A stretch of DNA of 64,000 nt from assembly GCA_015066325.1 (NCBI GenBank), contig SVOP01000001.1, positions 1,668 to 65,667 on the forward strand, given 5' to 3'. Both the position numbers and the translations under genes were made by a program. Under the pieces are notes generated by a model, which worked only from the letters and a program-made list of their open reading frames with translations, searched no databases and had not been told where the DNA came from. Position 1 is the stretch's first letter. Each line of letters opens with the position of its first letter. The stretch comes from Oscillospiraceae bacterium (GTDB lineage: Bacteria > Bacillota > Clostridia > Oscillospirales > Acutalibacteraceae). Of the stretch, positions 1 through 9,585 are shown in pieces.

Positions 1-138
1 TTGTCTGACATCTTTTAATCGTTGAAAAGGAATTGTATCTATCAGCTCTAATTGAAATTTTGTAACATTTATATAATCGTTTGCTAAATCTCTGATAAAT
101 TTAATGTGCTTGAAGTAGTATGATTTTTCGACTTTCAT
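1..138 (-). CDS. HD-domain phosphohydrolase (dGTPase-like), N-terminal 46 codons only; gene continues past the left edge
   Basis: Not in the ORF track because it is truncated. The reverse strand reads AGGAG, 7 nt, ATG(136-138), then MKVEKSYYFKHIKFIRDLANDYINVTKFQLELIDTIPFQRLKDVRQ. The IDTxxFQRLxxxxQ motif is typical of the N-terminus of HD-superfamily triphosphohydrolases. Confidence 0.4.
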   Translation of the reverse strand, partial: MKVEKSYYFKHIKFIRDLANDYINVTKFQLELIDTIPFQRLKDVRQ

Positions 139-273
139 AATATTGCTCCTTTAGATAAAAATTCCGTACACTTATATATGTCAAATTTCGACAAATACTT
201 CAGATTTTTTTACAAAAATTTTTCGTTTCTCTGTTTTGAACAAATCAAAACCTTAATAATTGGTGAAAATCAC

Positions 274-319
274 AATAAAAACTCCCCGAAATCTATCATT
301 TAAGGTAGGGTTCGGGGAG
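274..319 (-). terminator. Rho-independent terminator after the 338..1105 GNAT gene
   Basis: A 9-bp stem CTCCCCGAA (282-290) / TTCGGGGAG (311-319) is followed on the minus strand by a T-run (plus-strand AATAAAAA, 274-281). Confidence 0.6.
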
Positions 320-337
320 ATATGTTTTATTTATATG

Positions 338-1105
338 TTATTTATTCATTTCGTCAACAAATTCGCTGTTCCTTGCGGTGAGTTCAACCCAAGCAGGTCT
401 GAAACCGCTTCTAATTGCATTGCGAACGGATTTTATATTCGACCAAGCTGCACAGTAAAACGGAACTTTGCCGAGTTTAAGTGTTTCAATAGCAAGTCGG
501 CTTGTAATTGCAGATGCTATACCTTTTCTTCTGTATTCAGGCAGAACATCAACGCCAATTTGATACATAGTTTCGCAATCTGCAGAACAGCCTGCAAGAC
601 CAACAAGCTTGCCATTATCAAAAGCACCAACAGCGAGTTTATCAAGGTGTTTTCTGCTTTTGCACAAAGCGTTGCCCCATTCGGCAGTGTAATATTGCTC
701 AAAATCTTCGGGTTGCAAAACTCGTATTTCATAATCGCAAGGTAACTTTTTAAGCTCATTGACATCAGGCAAAAAGTATTCTGCCATAAAGCATACCTTA
801 TAACCGAATTGAGCCAATTTCTCATTAAGTGCAATGACATTGGGTGATTCAAAACAATGCTCAACGGCATATTTGCTTATGTACCACTCTACAGTTTCTT
901 TCGTTCTCGGACTGACCTGTGCCACAATATTGTTGCCGTATGAAACCAAATCACATTCAAGTGGTAATGGCATATATACTCTTGCTTTTTCGTTCTTCTG
1001 TGACAAAACTATTTTATTTTCAGTCGAAAGAAAATCCTCCGGATTGCAGTTACAGTCATATGCCGACTGCTGTAATGCGATTTTCAATATTTCTTGGTTT
1101 GTCAT
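338..1105 (-). CDS. GNAT family N-acetyltransferase (GNAT fold in the C-terminal half)
   Basis: Contains the acetyl-CoA-binding motif region QIGVDVLPEYRRKGIASAITSRL. It is the last gene of the co-directional array. Confidence 0.75.
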   Translation of the reverse strand: MTNQEILKIALQQSAYDCNCNPEDFLSTENKIVLSQKNEKARVYMPLPLECDLVSYGNNIVAQVSPRTKETVEWYISKYAVEHCFESPNVIALNEKLAQFGYKVCFMAEYFLPDVNELKKLPCDYEIRVLQPEDFEQYYTAEWGNALCKSRKHLDKLAVGAFDNGKLVGLAGCSADCETMYQIGVDVLPEYRRKGIASAITSRLAIETLKLGKVPFYCAAWSNIKSVRNAIRSGFRPAWVELTARNSEFVDEMNK

Positions 1106-1113
1106 AATTACTC

Positions 1114-1764
1114 CTATTTATTCGCCTTTATTGTAAATGTTGCACCCCAGTTATTAAGCACCTCAACGGAAGAAAAACCCGCTTCAAGCAAAGCTTCGGT
1201 TTCATGTTCAACAGTTAATGGGGTGTCATAATGATAAAATTCGTTATCATCAATGCCTTGTTCCTTTTTAAGACGAATGAGTTCGTTTCGGAAGGCTTTC
1301 TCGTCTTCATCGGTCAATGCAAAATAATCGGTAAGGATGAAATATCCGCCATCTTTTAGTGATTTACAGAGTTTTGTATAAAGCGGTATTTTTTCTTCTT
1401 TCGTGAAGTGATGCAGGGATTCAACCGATACTGCTGCATCAAAAGTGTTTCCATCAAATGGAATATCAAAATATGAGCCACATATCAAGGTTAAATCCTT
1501 TTCGGGGAACTTATTTTTCAATGCATTCAACATTGATTGTGTTAAATCAATACCTGTTATTTTTGCAGATGGATTAAGCCGAAAATAGTGTTCCAATTCC
1601 AGACCCGTACCACAACCTAAGTCAAGTATTTTTGCACCATCTGTTTTTGGTAAACAGTATGCTGTAAACGGATAAAACACATCAGATGATTCTATAGTGG
1701 TCATCATATGTTCATCGTAACCATCCAACCTTTTATTAAAAAATTCATTCATTTTTTCAAGCAT
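1114..1764 (-). CDS. Class I SAM-dependent methyltransferase
   Basis: Motif I ILDLGCGTGLE, followed by typical post-I/II spacing (DAAVSVESLHH). Confidence 0.85.
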   Translation of the reverse strand: MLEKMNEFFNKRLDGYDEHMMTTIESSDVFYPFTAYCLPKTDGAKILDLGCGTGLELEHYFRLNPSAKITGIDLTQSMLNALKNKFPEKDLTLICGSYFDIPFDGNTFDAAVSVESLHHFTKEEKIPLYTKLCKSLKDGGYFILTDYFALTDEDEKAFRNELIRLKKEQGIDDNEFYHYDTPLTVEHETEALLEAGFSSVEVLNNWGATFTIKANK

Positions 1765-1769
1765 AATTA

Positions 1770-2258
1770 TTATCCTCTATATATTACATCTATTTCATCT
1801 TCATTCGGTACTTCAAATATTGATGCAAATTTCTTAGCAAGGTTATCATCAATATAATAAGCGTTCGTTTCTTCTAATAATATTTCACTATTTCTTTTCT
1901 GTAAGCGTGCTTGCCAGGTTTCAACGCTGATATCAATGTAATGGAATTCACACGCTATATTTCGGCTGTTATAGAACTCACGAGCATAATCCCTTTCTTC
2001 CTTCATCCAGAAGCCCCAATCAAGAATAACATTGATTCCGTCCTCTATGAGATCCAATGATTTGTTGAATAAATAGTTTTGAGTTCTTTCCACATAATCA
2101 TCGTGTTTTTCACCACAATGCTGACCGAACAAAGCAAGGGTTATCTCATCTGTAGAGAGCAATACAGCGTGATTCTGGACACGTAACTGCTCAGCATATG
2201 TACTTTTACCGCTGCAGATTTTACCGCATATTAAATATACTTTTGGCATAAGAAACAC
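1770..2258 (-). CDS. P-loop NTPase / small-molecule kinase-like (AAA_33-type)
   Basis: Walker A motif GKICSGKST near the N-terminus. The protein is 162 aa. Confidence 0.65.
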   Translation of the reverse strand: MFLMPKVYLICGKICSGKSTYAEQLRVQNHAVLLSTDEITLALFGQHCGEKHDDYVERTQNYLFNKSLDLIEDGINVILDWGFWMKEERDYAREFYNSRNIACEFHYIDISVETWQARLQKRNSEILLEETNAYYIDDNLAKKFASIFEVPNEDEIDVIYRG

Positions 2259-2264
2259 CTTCTT

Positions 2265-2738
2265 TTATAATTTACAATACATCTCCTGTGCTTTGGGGAT
2301 GAATCCAAGCTTTTCATAAAGTTTGATTGCTCCGTGATTGTTTACAAGTACATCAAGATTTATAAGATTGCAGTTTTGCTCTTTTGCCCAGTCCTTTGCT
2401 GAATTCATAAGAGCTGTACCGAATCCTTTGTTTCTGTGAGTTTTCGTTACAATTACATCCATTATATAACAATATTTACCGGGAAGCATAAAGTCAAAAT
2501 CGGGTCTTGTTTTTGCTTGAAGCAGAATAAAACCAACAACTGTACAATCATTTTCGTAAACAAGGATATCCGACACATCATCTGAAATCGTTTTTTCAAG
2601 AAACTCTATACTTTGGTCGCCCTCTTTTATGAAATCAGGTATCAGTTTTGACATTTCCCTGAATTGCTCACGATATAATTCAGCTATTGCAGGGGTATCA
2701 TCAACTGTTGCTTTTCTTATCATAAACATTCCTCCCAA
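2265..2738 (-). CDS. GNAT family N-acetyltransferase
   Basis: VTKTHRNKGFGTALMNSAKDWAKE matches GNAT motif A (R/Q-x-x-G-x-G/A). Confidence 0.85.
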   Translation of the reverse strand: MGGMFMIRKATVDDTPAIAELYREQFREMSKLIPDFIKEGDQSIEFLEKTISDDVSDILVYENDCTVVGFILLQAKTRPDFDFMLPGKYCYIMDVIVTKTHRNKGFGTALMNSAKDWAKEQNCNLINLDVLVNNHGAIKLYEKLGFIPKAQEMYCKL

Positions 2739-4402
2739 GCTTGTTTAAGCTCTTTTATGCTTTGATAACGTTTATTTCTATCATCGCTTACTGCCTTTGT
2801 TGCAACTGAAAACGCTTTATCTGACAGTTGCCAATTTTCACGGCTACGGTTGTAATTACCGAACAAAGCAAAGGCAAAAGCACCGGCACAATAAACATTT
2901 GTTGTTTCGTCAATATCTGCACCGAGTTTGTATTCTTCGGGAGACTGAAACTTTGAACTGCCCCACATTCTGCCCATATCGTTGACACACGGCTGTTTTC
3001 TGAAAAAGTCAATATCACAGATTGTTGTTTTATGATTTTCAGCATCGTACATAATACTTCCGTCATAAAAATCAACAGCAACATAATCGCTTGAATTGGT
3101 ATAGTCCAAAAAATCAAGAATATCACTAAAAACAATCAGCCTATCTGCAGCGGGCATATTCATAAATTTACGATGCTCTGCAGTGTACATTCTGCCCATA
3201 CAGTCACCGTCAACCCACTTGAATACCATTGCAAAACCGCCGCCCATTTCTTTTGATTCAACAAACTCAATGAGATTTTTGTGTTTCATGTTTTCATATA
3301 CGGGTAAGGTTGATTTCAAACGCTCAATCGCATCTTCAGGAGTGCCGTTATATGCCTCGGTCGGCGCACCTGCAAATTTCACAAAATATCTTTCACCGTC
3401 TTTTTCTGTACCGAAACAGATATTACCTGAATCCTGGTCGTCAAACACCTTGAACACCTTTCCGTATTGGCTGATAAAACTGAAATCGAAAGGTGCTTTC
3501 ATTTTGTAAGGCAGACCATCTATGTATTGCAAATAATAACCTTTGAAATACCAAGTTGGAACAGGATGCTGCATATTATCATACCAATCGAGAACATCCT
3601 TTGCCTGATTAAGCATTGTCTGTACTTCACCGTCACCGAAAGGAATAGCCCAAGGGATCGATGAAAGCATATTACTGCTGATATAAAGTGCAAGGAGTTT
3701 CCAGAAATCCATTGGTACTTCATCATCAAAATATCCGTTAACAATACCTGAAGCAAAAATCGGAGCAGACTGTGCACACCACACAATACGGTTAAATTCT
3801 TCCCACGGGTCACCGAAATCATATCTATCAAAATCAATAATAACAATTTTGCCGTTTTCAATCATCATATTGCCGATATGATAATCTCCGTGCTGATAGG
3901 ATTGAGGTCTGTTTTTAAGCAAATTTCGGTTGGCTTCTATGTAATCAATGATATAGTCGGCACCGTCAAACTTTATAGGACAGTCATTATACATCTGTAT
4001 TTTTCTGTCCATTTTCTTGTTAAAACGGATTTCCCAATCAGGTTGGTCTGTAGGTGCTGGTATTGAGTGAAATTTCTTTAGTATTCTGCCCGCTTCAAGT
4101 CCGAGAGCATACTGTTCAGAGTCTGCAAGATATGGAACAACTTCCTCTGCGTCTTTGCCGTCAATCCAAGTCTGTAAAGTGTAAACACCTTCGTCACACT
4201 TGCCGAAATCAACAGGTTTGCACATAGGAACACCGAGCTTTTCAACCTCTTTCTGCATAAGGTACATATTCTCTCGATTTGCACTCTTTTCAAAAGGAGT
4301 AACACGCAGAAGATATTTTGTGCCATCAGCAGTAGTAACACAGTATTTCTTGTCACCCGACCAACCTTTGTTTATTGGTTCTTTTGTTATAAAATCAAGC
4401 AT
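2720..4402 (-). CDS. Tandem kinase: N-terminal aminoglycoside-phosphotransferase (APH)-like domain fused to a second protein-kinase-like domain
   Basis: The N-terminal half carries the APH catalytic region HGDYHIGNMMIENGKIVIIDFDRYDFGDPWEEF. The C-terminal half has a second kinase-like core (YFVKFAG ... VAVDFYDGSIMYD ... ICDIDFF). Confidence 0.7.
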   Translation of the reverse strand: MLDFITKEPINKGWSGDKKYCVTTADGTKYLLRVTPFEKSANRENMYLMQKEVEKLGVPMCKPVDFGKCDEGVYTLQTWIDGKDAEEVVPYLADSEQYALGLEAGRILKKFHSIPAPTDQPDWEIRFNKKMDRKIQMYNDCPIKFDGADYIIDYIEANRNLLKNRPQSYQHGDYHIGNMMIENGKIVIIDFDRYDFGDPWEEFNRIVWCAQSAPIFASGIVNGYFDDEVPMDFWKLLALYISSNMLSSIPWAIPFGDGEVQTMLNQAKDVLDWYDNMQHPVPTWYFKGYYLQYIDGLPYKMKAPFDFSFISQYGKVFKVFDDQDSGNICFGTEKDGERYFVKFAGAPTEAYNGTPEDAIERLKSTLPVYENMKHKNLIEFVESKEMGGGFAMVFKWVDGDCMGRMYTAEHRKFMNMPAADRLIVFSDILDFLDYTNSSDYVAVDFYDGSIMYDAENHKTTICDIDFFRKQPCVNDMGRMWGSSKFQSPEEYKLGADIDETTNVYCAGAFAFALFGNYNRSRENWQLSDKAFSVATKAVSDDRNKRYQSIKELKQAWEECL

Positions 4403-5310
4403 TATTCCAATCCCGTTTCTTTCATAATCTTTATCAGTCTTTTTGCACGAAACATAAGATAATCGTGTCCCATTTCACCTAAAAGAATATACCAATTCAG
4501 CTCATTGCACAGAGCATAAAGTTCAACCTTTAAATCACAATATTTTGAGGTTATATTTCTCTTTTTGTATTCTTCATATAGCCTCAGCTTTTCACCGAAA
4601 CCAAGAGACAAGCAGAAAATTTCATATTCAGGCTCTGCCCACAACATATCGAATGGGTCAACTGCACCTGCAAGTTCGGATTTCCAAAAGTCGATTATCA
4701 GGTTCGGCATCCAGAAATCACCGTGACAAAGACAAGGGGTGTTGTTTGTAACACTGAATATTTCGCCAAAATGCTTGTTAATCAGTTCAACCGCTTCCAT
4801 TATTTCAGTTTCGATTTCTTTCTTCTCAAACTTCTGTTTTGTGAAAGCATAGATATCAACGAAATAATCTTTATAATACTCTGCCCAGGTATCATAAACA
4901 GGGCTATCATATTTACCAAATTTGTCATTATGCACGCTTTGTGCGTTCATAAGAGCATCAATAATACTGTTTTTGAGCTTTTTTCTTGACGGAACAAGAG
5001 AGATATATTTGCTCTTACCACTCATGCCTTTTATGTAATCCATTCCGAGAAACACAGTATCGTTTTCCTGATGTAAAAAGTAGGTTTTAGGAACTCTGTA
5101 TGAAACTCTTGCAGAAAGGAAATCAAGCATTTCTCGTTCTTTGCAAATTGCATCATAAAACTTGCTTGTCTTAACTGCAATTTGATATGGTTCAGTTGTG
5201 ATTTTTACAAGATAAACACTTCCGCTTGCACCTTTACCAACAGCACGAATTTGCTTAACCTTTGTGTTCATTTGCTTTTCAACAATGGATTTAATTAAAT
5301 CAGTATTCAT
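4402..5310 (-). CDS. APH / fructosamine-kinase-like phosphotransferase
   Basis: Gly-rich loop GKGASGSVY plus a lysine (AVK), and catalytic region CHGDFWMPNLIID. Its stop overlaps the start of the downstream kinase. Confidence 0.7.
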   Translation of the reverse strand: MNTDLIKSIVEKQMNTKVKQIRAVGKGASGSVYLVKITTEPYQIAVKTSKFYDAICKEREMLDFLSARVSYRVPKTYFLHQENDTVFLGMDYIKGMSGKSKYISLVPSRKKLKNSIIDALMNAQSVHNDKFGKYDSPVYDTWAEYYKDYFVDIYAFTKQKFEKKEIETEIMEAVELINKHFGEIFSVTNNTPCLCHGDFWMPNLIIDFWKSELAGAVDPFDMLWAEPEYEIFCLSLGFGEKLRLYEEYKKRNITSKYCDLKVELYALCNELNWYILLGEMGHDYLMFRAKRLIKIMKETGLE

Positions 5311-5343
5311 TGGATTCTATCCTTTCGGATTATAAGATGTCAA

Positions 5344-5928
5344 TTATATCAAAATAAATCCCATCAGCAGACCGCCTGCAAAGCCGGAGATGTGTTCCCA
5401 TGCAGTTGCTTTGCCCATAAACATTCCGCCGACTGTGTATATCGCTAAAATTATCAATGCTATTGTAGGTACAGGCGAAAAGAAAACAGTTCCGTTTTTG
5501 ACGGCAAGCATAACAAACACGGCAATCAGCCCGTAAATTCCTGTTGATGCACCTTCGCCCTCGTGAAGTTTATAAACAAAAGCCATCCAAAGTCCCGATA
5601 TGAAAGCAGAGCCGAAATAGCAAAGCGCAGTTTTTGCCGTACCAAGCTGTGACTCAACGGCATATCCAACAATAAGCGTTGCAGTTATGTTAGAAACAAT
5701 ATGCCACGTTCCAACATGTAATAAAGCGGAAGAAACAAGTCTCCATACCTGACCCTTCTTTATTTTCTTTTCTGAAAGATGTAATGCGTGATTTATGTAG
5801 CCTTTGTTATGTCCCGTCCAGAGTTTTTCCTTAAGTGTTACTGTTTCGGTTTTAGGAATAATTATAAAATTATCAAGTATGAAGATTACAAAAATTATTG
5901 TGCAAAAAGTTATTGTAAAAACAGGCAT
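5344..5928 (-). CDS. Rhomboid family intramembrane serine protease
   Basis: Multi-TM protein with WRLVSSALLH, a GASTGIYGL (GxSxG) motif and a later histidine in a TM segment. Confidence 0.75.
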   Translation of the reverse strand: MPVFTITFCTIIFVIFILDNFIIIPKTETVTLKEKLWTGHNKGYINHALHLSEKKIKKGQVWRLVSSALLHVGTWHIVSNITATLIVGYAVESQLGTAKTALCYFGSAFISGLWMAFVYKLHEGEGASTGIYGLIAVFVMLAVKNGTVFFSPVPTIALIILAIYTVGGMFMGKATAWEHISGFAGGLLMGFILI

Positions 5929-5949
5929 ATCTTTTTCTCCTATAATATT

Positions 5950-6738
5950 TTAAATACTTTTATTCAACCATTCAACAGACTGTTTCAATCCGTCAATAGT
6001 TTTTGTTTCTAAAACCACACGGCAGTTTTGTTCGTTGGCAAGATCGATATATTTTTTAATATCTGTTTCACCTGTGCCGAGAGCAAGGTGGTTTTTTCGC
6101 GCTTTCGCATCGTGCAAATGAATGTGACTAAGGTGGTCTTTGTGCTTCATTATAAATTCTTCATCTGTACCACCTATACCATGATTATGTCCGACATCAA
6201 AAGTTAAAGCAAAAACCTTAGATTCCAAAAGCAATTCAATAGCTTCTTTTTGGAAACATTCATATCCATCACAGTTTTCAATGCAGATTTTAATATCATT
6301 TTCTCCGATAGCATTTTCGCACATATTCCTGAAATCAATAATGCTTTTGAGATACTGCTCTTTGTATTCAGAGAAAAGAAGCACTTTTCTGTCAGGCAAA
6401 GTGAAATATACACCTTTTGCCATATGCATATTTAAAACCTTAATATCAAGTTGCTTTGCGATTTTTATGGTATCAGCAACAGTCTTTATGTAAGCTTCTG
6501 CAACATAAGTATTGAAATCGCTGACATTCAGATTTTCATCAAGGTGAATTGTATAATAAATACCATATTTATCAGCAATGCTGTTGAAATAAGCAATGTC
6601 AATTTTATCAAGCTGATATTGCGGCAGGTTCATATTAAGCTCAATAAAATCAAGACCTAATTCCGCACACAGTTTCGCACACTCTTCAAGAGTGCTTGTC
6701 TCAATCAATGTAGGCATACCATAGTTATGTAATTTCAT
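5950..6738 (-). CDS. Sugar phosphate isomerase/epimerase (xylose-isomerase-like TIM barrel)
   Basis: Characteristic segments FIELNM, LNMH, VGHNH and HIHLHD, which are the metal ligands of the AP_endonuc_2 / TIM-barrel family. Confidence 0.8.
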   Translation of the reverse strand: MKLHNYGMPTLIETSTLEECAKLCAELGLDFIELNMNLPQYQLDKIDIAYFNSIADKYGIYYTIHLDENLNVSDFNTYVAEAYIKTVADTIKIAKQLDIKVLNMHMAKGVYFTLPDRKVLLFSEYKEQYLKSIIDFRNMCENAIGENDIKICIENCDGYECFQKEAIELLLESKVFALTFDVGHNHGIGGTDEEFIMKHKDHLSHIHLHDAKARKNHLALGTGETDIKKYIDLANEQNCRVVLETKTIDGLKQSVEWLNKSI

Positions 6739-6790
6739 AATTCACCTCTACCTCTTATCAAAAACTTATGACTTTATAAATTTTTAGCCA

Positions 6791-7834
6791 TTAATCTAAA
6801 GTAGCTGATTCTAAAAATCTTATTGTTTTAGCATCTAAATCCACTTCATAATTTATACCCAAAGGTAATAACCCTGAACCGAAAGCATGTCCGATATTAA
6901 CATTGTAAATTATGGGTAATTCTTCACAGTTAAACTCTTTTAATATCTTCAGATATATTTCTTTGTACTCTTCATAATATGTTTCATCCATAGGCTTTCC
7001 TACGATAATACCGTTGATATTATTCAATATGCCTTGAGCACCCAAATTTCTGAGATAATACGTCAAAAAGTTTGGTGTTATTTTTTCTTCAGATGTTTCA
7101 ATTAAAAGTATTTTGTCTTTCCAGTCATCTGCTTTCAGCCAAATTTCAGTTTCTAAAAGCATTGGAATTACATCTATACAACCGCCAAGTAATTGACCTG
7201 TTATTTTACCTTTACCTGATATGACCTCATAACCGTGTTCTTCTTTTGTTAATTTCCTTTGAACATTGATGTTTTCTTCGTTCCAAAACACATGATTATT
7301 TGACCAATATTCACTTGATTTGACACAGTAGTTTTCACTGTTTTCAAATAAGATTTTTTTAACAGCCTCTTTGGTATAATCAAACATTTTGACATATTCG
7401 CCAAAGCTACACATAACAGACGGACCATAATATGAAATTAATCCTGCTTTATGTAAAATAAAATGAGTGACAGTTGTATCTGAATATCCCATAAAAATTT
7501 TCGGATTATTCCTGATAACATCATAATCAATATACGGCAATATTCTTATTGAATCCTCACCGCCTATCGCACTGAATATTCCTTTAATTGTTTTATCTTT
7601 AAAAGCATCCATTAAGTCTTTTGCTCTGAGTTCCGGGTGCTCATAAACAAAATCCGTTCCTTTTAATGCATTAGGCATAGCAACAACTTCAAGACCAAAA
7701 TCATTTTCGAGTCTTTCTTTTGCTATATAATATTTATGTATTAAATCCTCATCACCTAAGCCGCCCCACGATAAACTTACTATCGCTATTTTGTCACCTT
7801 TTTTCAACTTTTGGGGTTTAATCATACAAATCAC
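6791..7834 (-). CDS. S66 family LD-carboxypeptidase (MccF-like serine peptidase)
   Basis: GDKIAIVSLSWG N-terminus, nucleophile motif FMGYSDTTV, and a C-terminal NVNIGHA histidine region. Confidence 0.8.
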   Translation of the reverse strand: MICMIKPQKLKKGDKIAIVSLSWGGLGDEDLIHKYYIAKERLENDFGLEVVAMPNALKGTDFVYEHPELRAKDLMDAFKDKTIKGIFSAIGGEDSIRILPYIDYDVIRNNPKIFMGYSDTTVTHFILHKAGLISYYGPSVMCSFGEYVKMFDYTKEAVKKILFENSENYCVKSSEYWSNNHVFWNEENINVQRKLTKEEHGYEVISGKGKITGQLLGGCIDVIPMLLETEIWLKADDWKDKILLIETSEEKITPNFLTYYLRNLGAQGILNNINGIIVGKPMDETYYEEYKEIYLKILKEFNCEELPIIYNVNIGHAFGSGLLPLGINYEVDLDAKTIRFLESATLD

Positions 7835-7838
7835 ATCC

Positions 7839-8324
7839 TTATGAATTTAATTCTTTCTCCATAAAACCAACTGTAAATGGTAAATGCTTAAATTTGCGTG
7901 TCGAAATATGTGTGAAACCGAGTTTTAAATACCAATTTTTTAACTTTGTGTTTTCTTCAATTATACCGATTGATATTTTATTACCACCATAGCTTTTAAC
8001 CATTTTAACAGCACAATTAACCATTGCTTTACCGATACCTAAATGACGATATTCAGGTAATACTGCAAGGTTGTTCAATTCCTATTCTTCATCACTGCAC
8101 TTCGCAAGAGAAAAATAACCAACAGGGATATCACCTTGATAAAACAAAAACATTGGTCTGCCATCGTCAAACTGCATTTTAAGTTTATCCATAGTTATAA
8201 ATGCAGTATGTGAAGGACAGTTGTTTTCAGTCAACCCAAACTCACCCGCAACTGTTATAAAACTGCTACGAATTATTTCAAGACAAATATTCAGTTGTTC
8301 TTTGTTTTCAACTTGAATTATCAT
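7839..8324 (-). pseudogene. GNAT N-acetyltransferase interrupted by a single in-frame TAG
   Basis: ORFs 8082..8324 and 7839..8078 are in the same frame, separated only by TAG (8082-8084) plus one codon. Joined, they read ...AKCSDEE*ELNNLAVLPEYRHLGIGKAMV, a normal GNAT core. Confidence 0.6.
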
Positions 8325-8333
8325 AAACTCACC

Positions 8334-9092
8334 TTATTTCACAGCAAGTGTAGCAAAATACTGTGGATAGTATTTTCTGATTTCGTTTCCGCCTTCTCTG
8401 TCACGGTCTTCGTATAATGCTTTGAGTATGAATCCTGCTTTGAGCTGACCGCCGATTTGCTCATCTAACGTGTGACTGAACTGTATTCCATCGCCATTTG
8501 CAATCATTGCATCACGTTTTTCTTTCGGCATTTTAAGAGGATTGAATGGCAACGGATTAACCACTTTTAACGGGTCGCTTTCATCAAACAAATAATCAAT
8601 GCCATTATCAAGACCTGAAAGTAATCTGCCACCTTTTTTGAGTATGCGGTAACACTCATTCCAGATATGATAAACATCTTCAACATAATTGTTTGAAACA
8701 GGATGAAAAATCAAATCAAAACTTTCATCTCCAAAGGGAAGAGGCTTTGACATATCACCTTTGATAATTTCAATACTATATCCTTCTCTTTCGGATACCA
8801 TTTTTTCTGCTTCAAGTTGTTTGTCAGAGTAATCAAACACGGTACATTCCGCACCAAGTTTTGAAAATACGGGCATCTGCTGACCGCCACCGCTTGCAAG
8901 TCCTAACACCTTTTTACCTTTCAATTCACCAAACCACTCGTGAGGAACAGCAATGCAAGGTGTAAGGAAAACTGCAAAATTATCCACATTAGTTTTTTCA
9001 TATTCTTCGTGGCTTATTGGTAACGACCATTCGCAACCATCTTCCGCCCACGAATCCCACGTTTCTGAATTTATTTTAGTATAGTCAAACAT
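8334..9092 (-). CDS. Class I SAM-dependent methyltransferase
   Basis: Motif I VLGLASGGGQQ, an acidic residue after beta-2 (VFDYSD), and LKKGGRLL. Confidence 0.8.
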   Translation of the reverse strand: MFDYTKINSETWDSWAEDGCEWSLPISHEEYEKTNVDNFAVFLTPCIAVPHEWFGELKGKKVLGLASGGGQQMPVFSKLGAECTVFDYSDKQLEAEKMVSEREGYSIEIIKGDMSKPLPFGDESFDLIFHPVSNNYVEDVYHIWNECYRILKKGGRLLSGLDNGIDYLFDESDPLKVVNPLPFNPLKMPKEKRDAMIANGDGIQFSHTLDEQIGGQLKAGFILKALYEDRDREGGNEIRKYYPQYFATLAVK

Positions 9093-9096
9093 TTTC

Positions 9097-9585
9097 TTAC
9101 CTCATATTGTTTATGTATTCTTCTGCTTCTTTTCTACTTTTAAAAATTATAATATCTTTTTCGCTGTATTTCTTCAAAAGTTCCAAAACCTTTGGTTTGC
9201 TTTGGGCGTTATAGTTTCTGATAAATTCCAGAAGTTCTTCATCAACTTCTGTTTCTATCCACGGCATATCAGAACGTGTTTTTCCTTGTCTTTGCATAAT
9301 GCCATCAATACAAACCTCAACAGGATAGTCAAGAAAGAAAACAGTATCGCATTCTTTCATACGAAGTTCTATTGAAGAGCCGTAGTTACCATCGATTATC
9401 CATTTATCAAGTTCAATAACATTCTGCAACCTTTCAAGAAAAATTGCTTTATCTACTGTTGTTTTATCACTGTTCCAATTCAACAAATCAAGGTGGTATA
9501 AAGGCAAGTCAGTAAGTTCGTGTAATGCTCTTGAAAATGTGCTTTTCCCCGAACCGGGACAACCTATTACAATTACTTTGTTCAT
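9097..9585 (-). CDS. P-loop NTPase, adenylate-kinase / topology-modulation (FlaR)-like
   Basis: Walker A motif VIGCPGSGKST. It is 162 aa and has a 4-nt overlap with the upstream HAD gene. Confidence 0.7.
   Translation of the reverse strand: MNKVIVIGCPGSGKSTFSRALHELTDLPLYHLDLLNWNSDKTTVDKAIFLERLQNVIELDKWIIDGNYGSSIELRMKECDTVFFLDYPVEVCIDGIMQRQGKTRSDMPWIETEVDEELLEFIRNYNAQSKPKVLELLKKYSEKDIIIFKSRKEAEEYINNMR

Noticed and set aside
8079-8084. The in-frame TAG in the GNAT gene considered as pyrrolysine or programmed readthrough
   Set aside because: There are no pyl genes and no other recoding context in the window. A simple nonsense mutation or a sequencing error is far more parsimonious.
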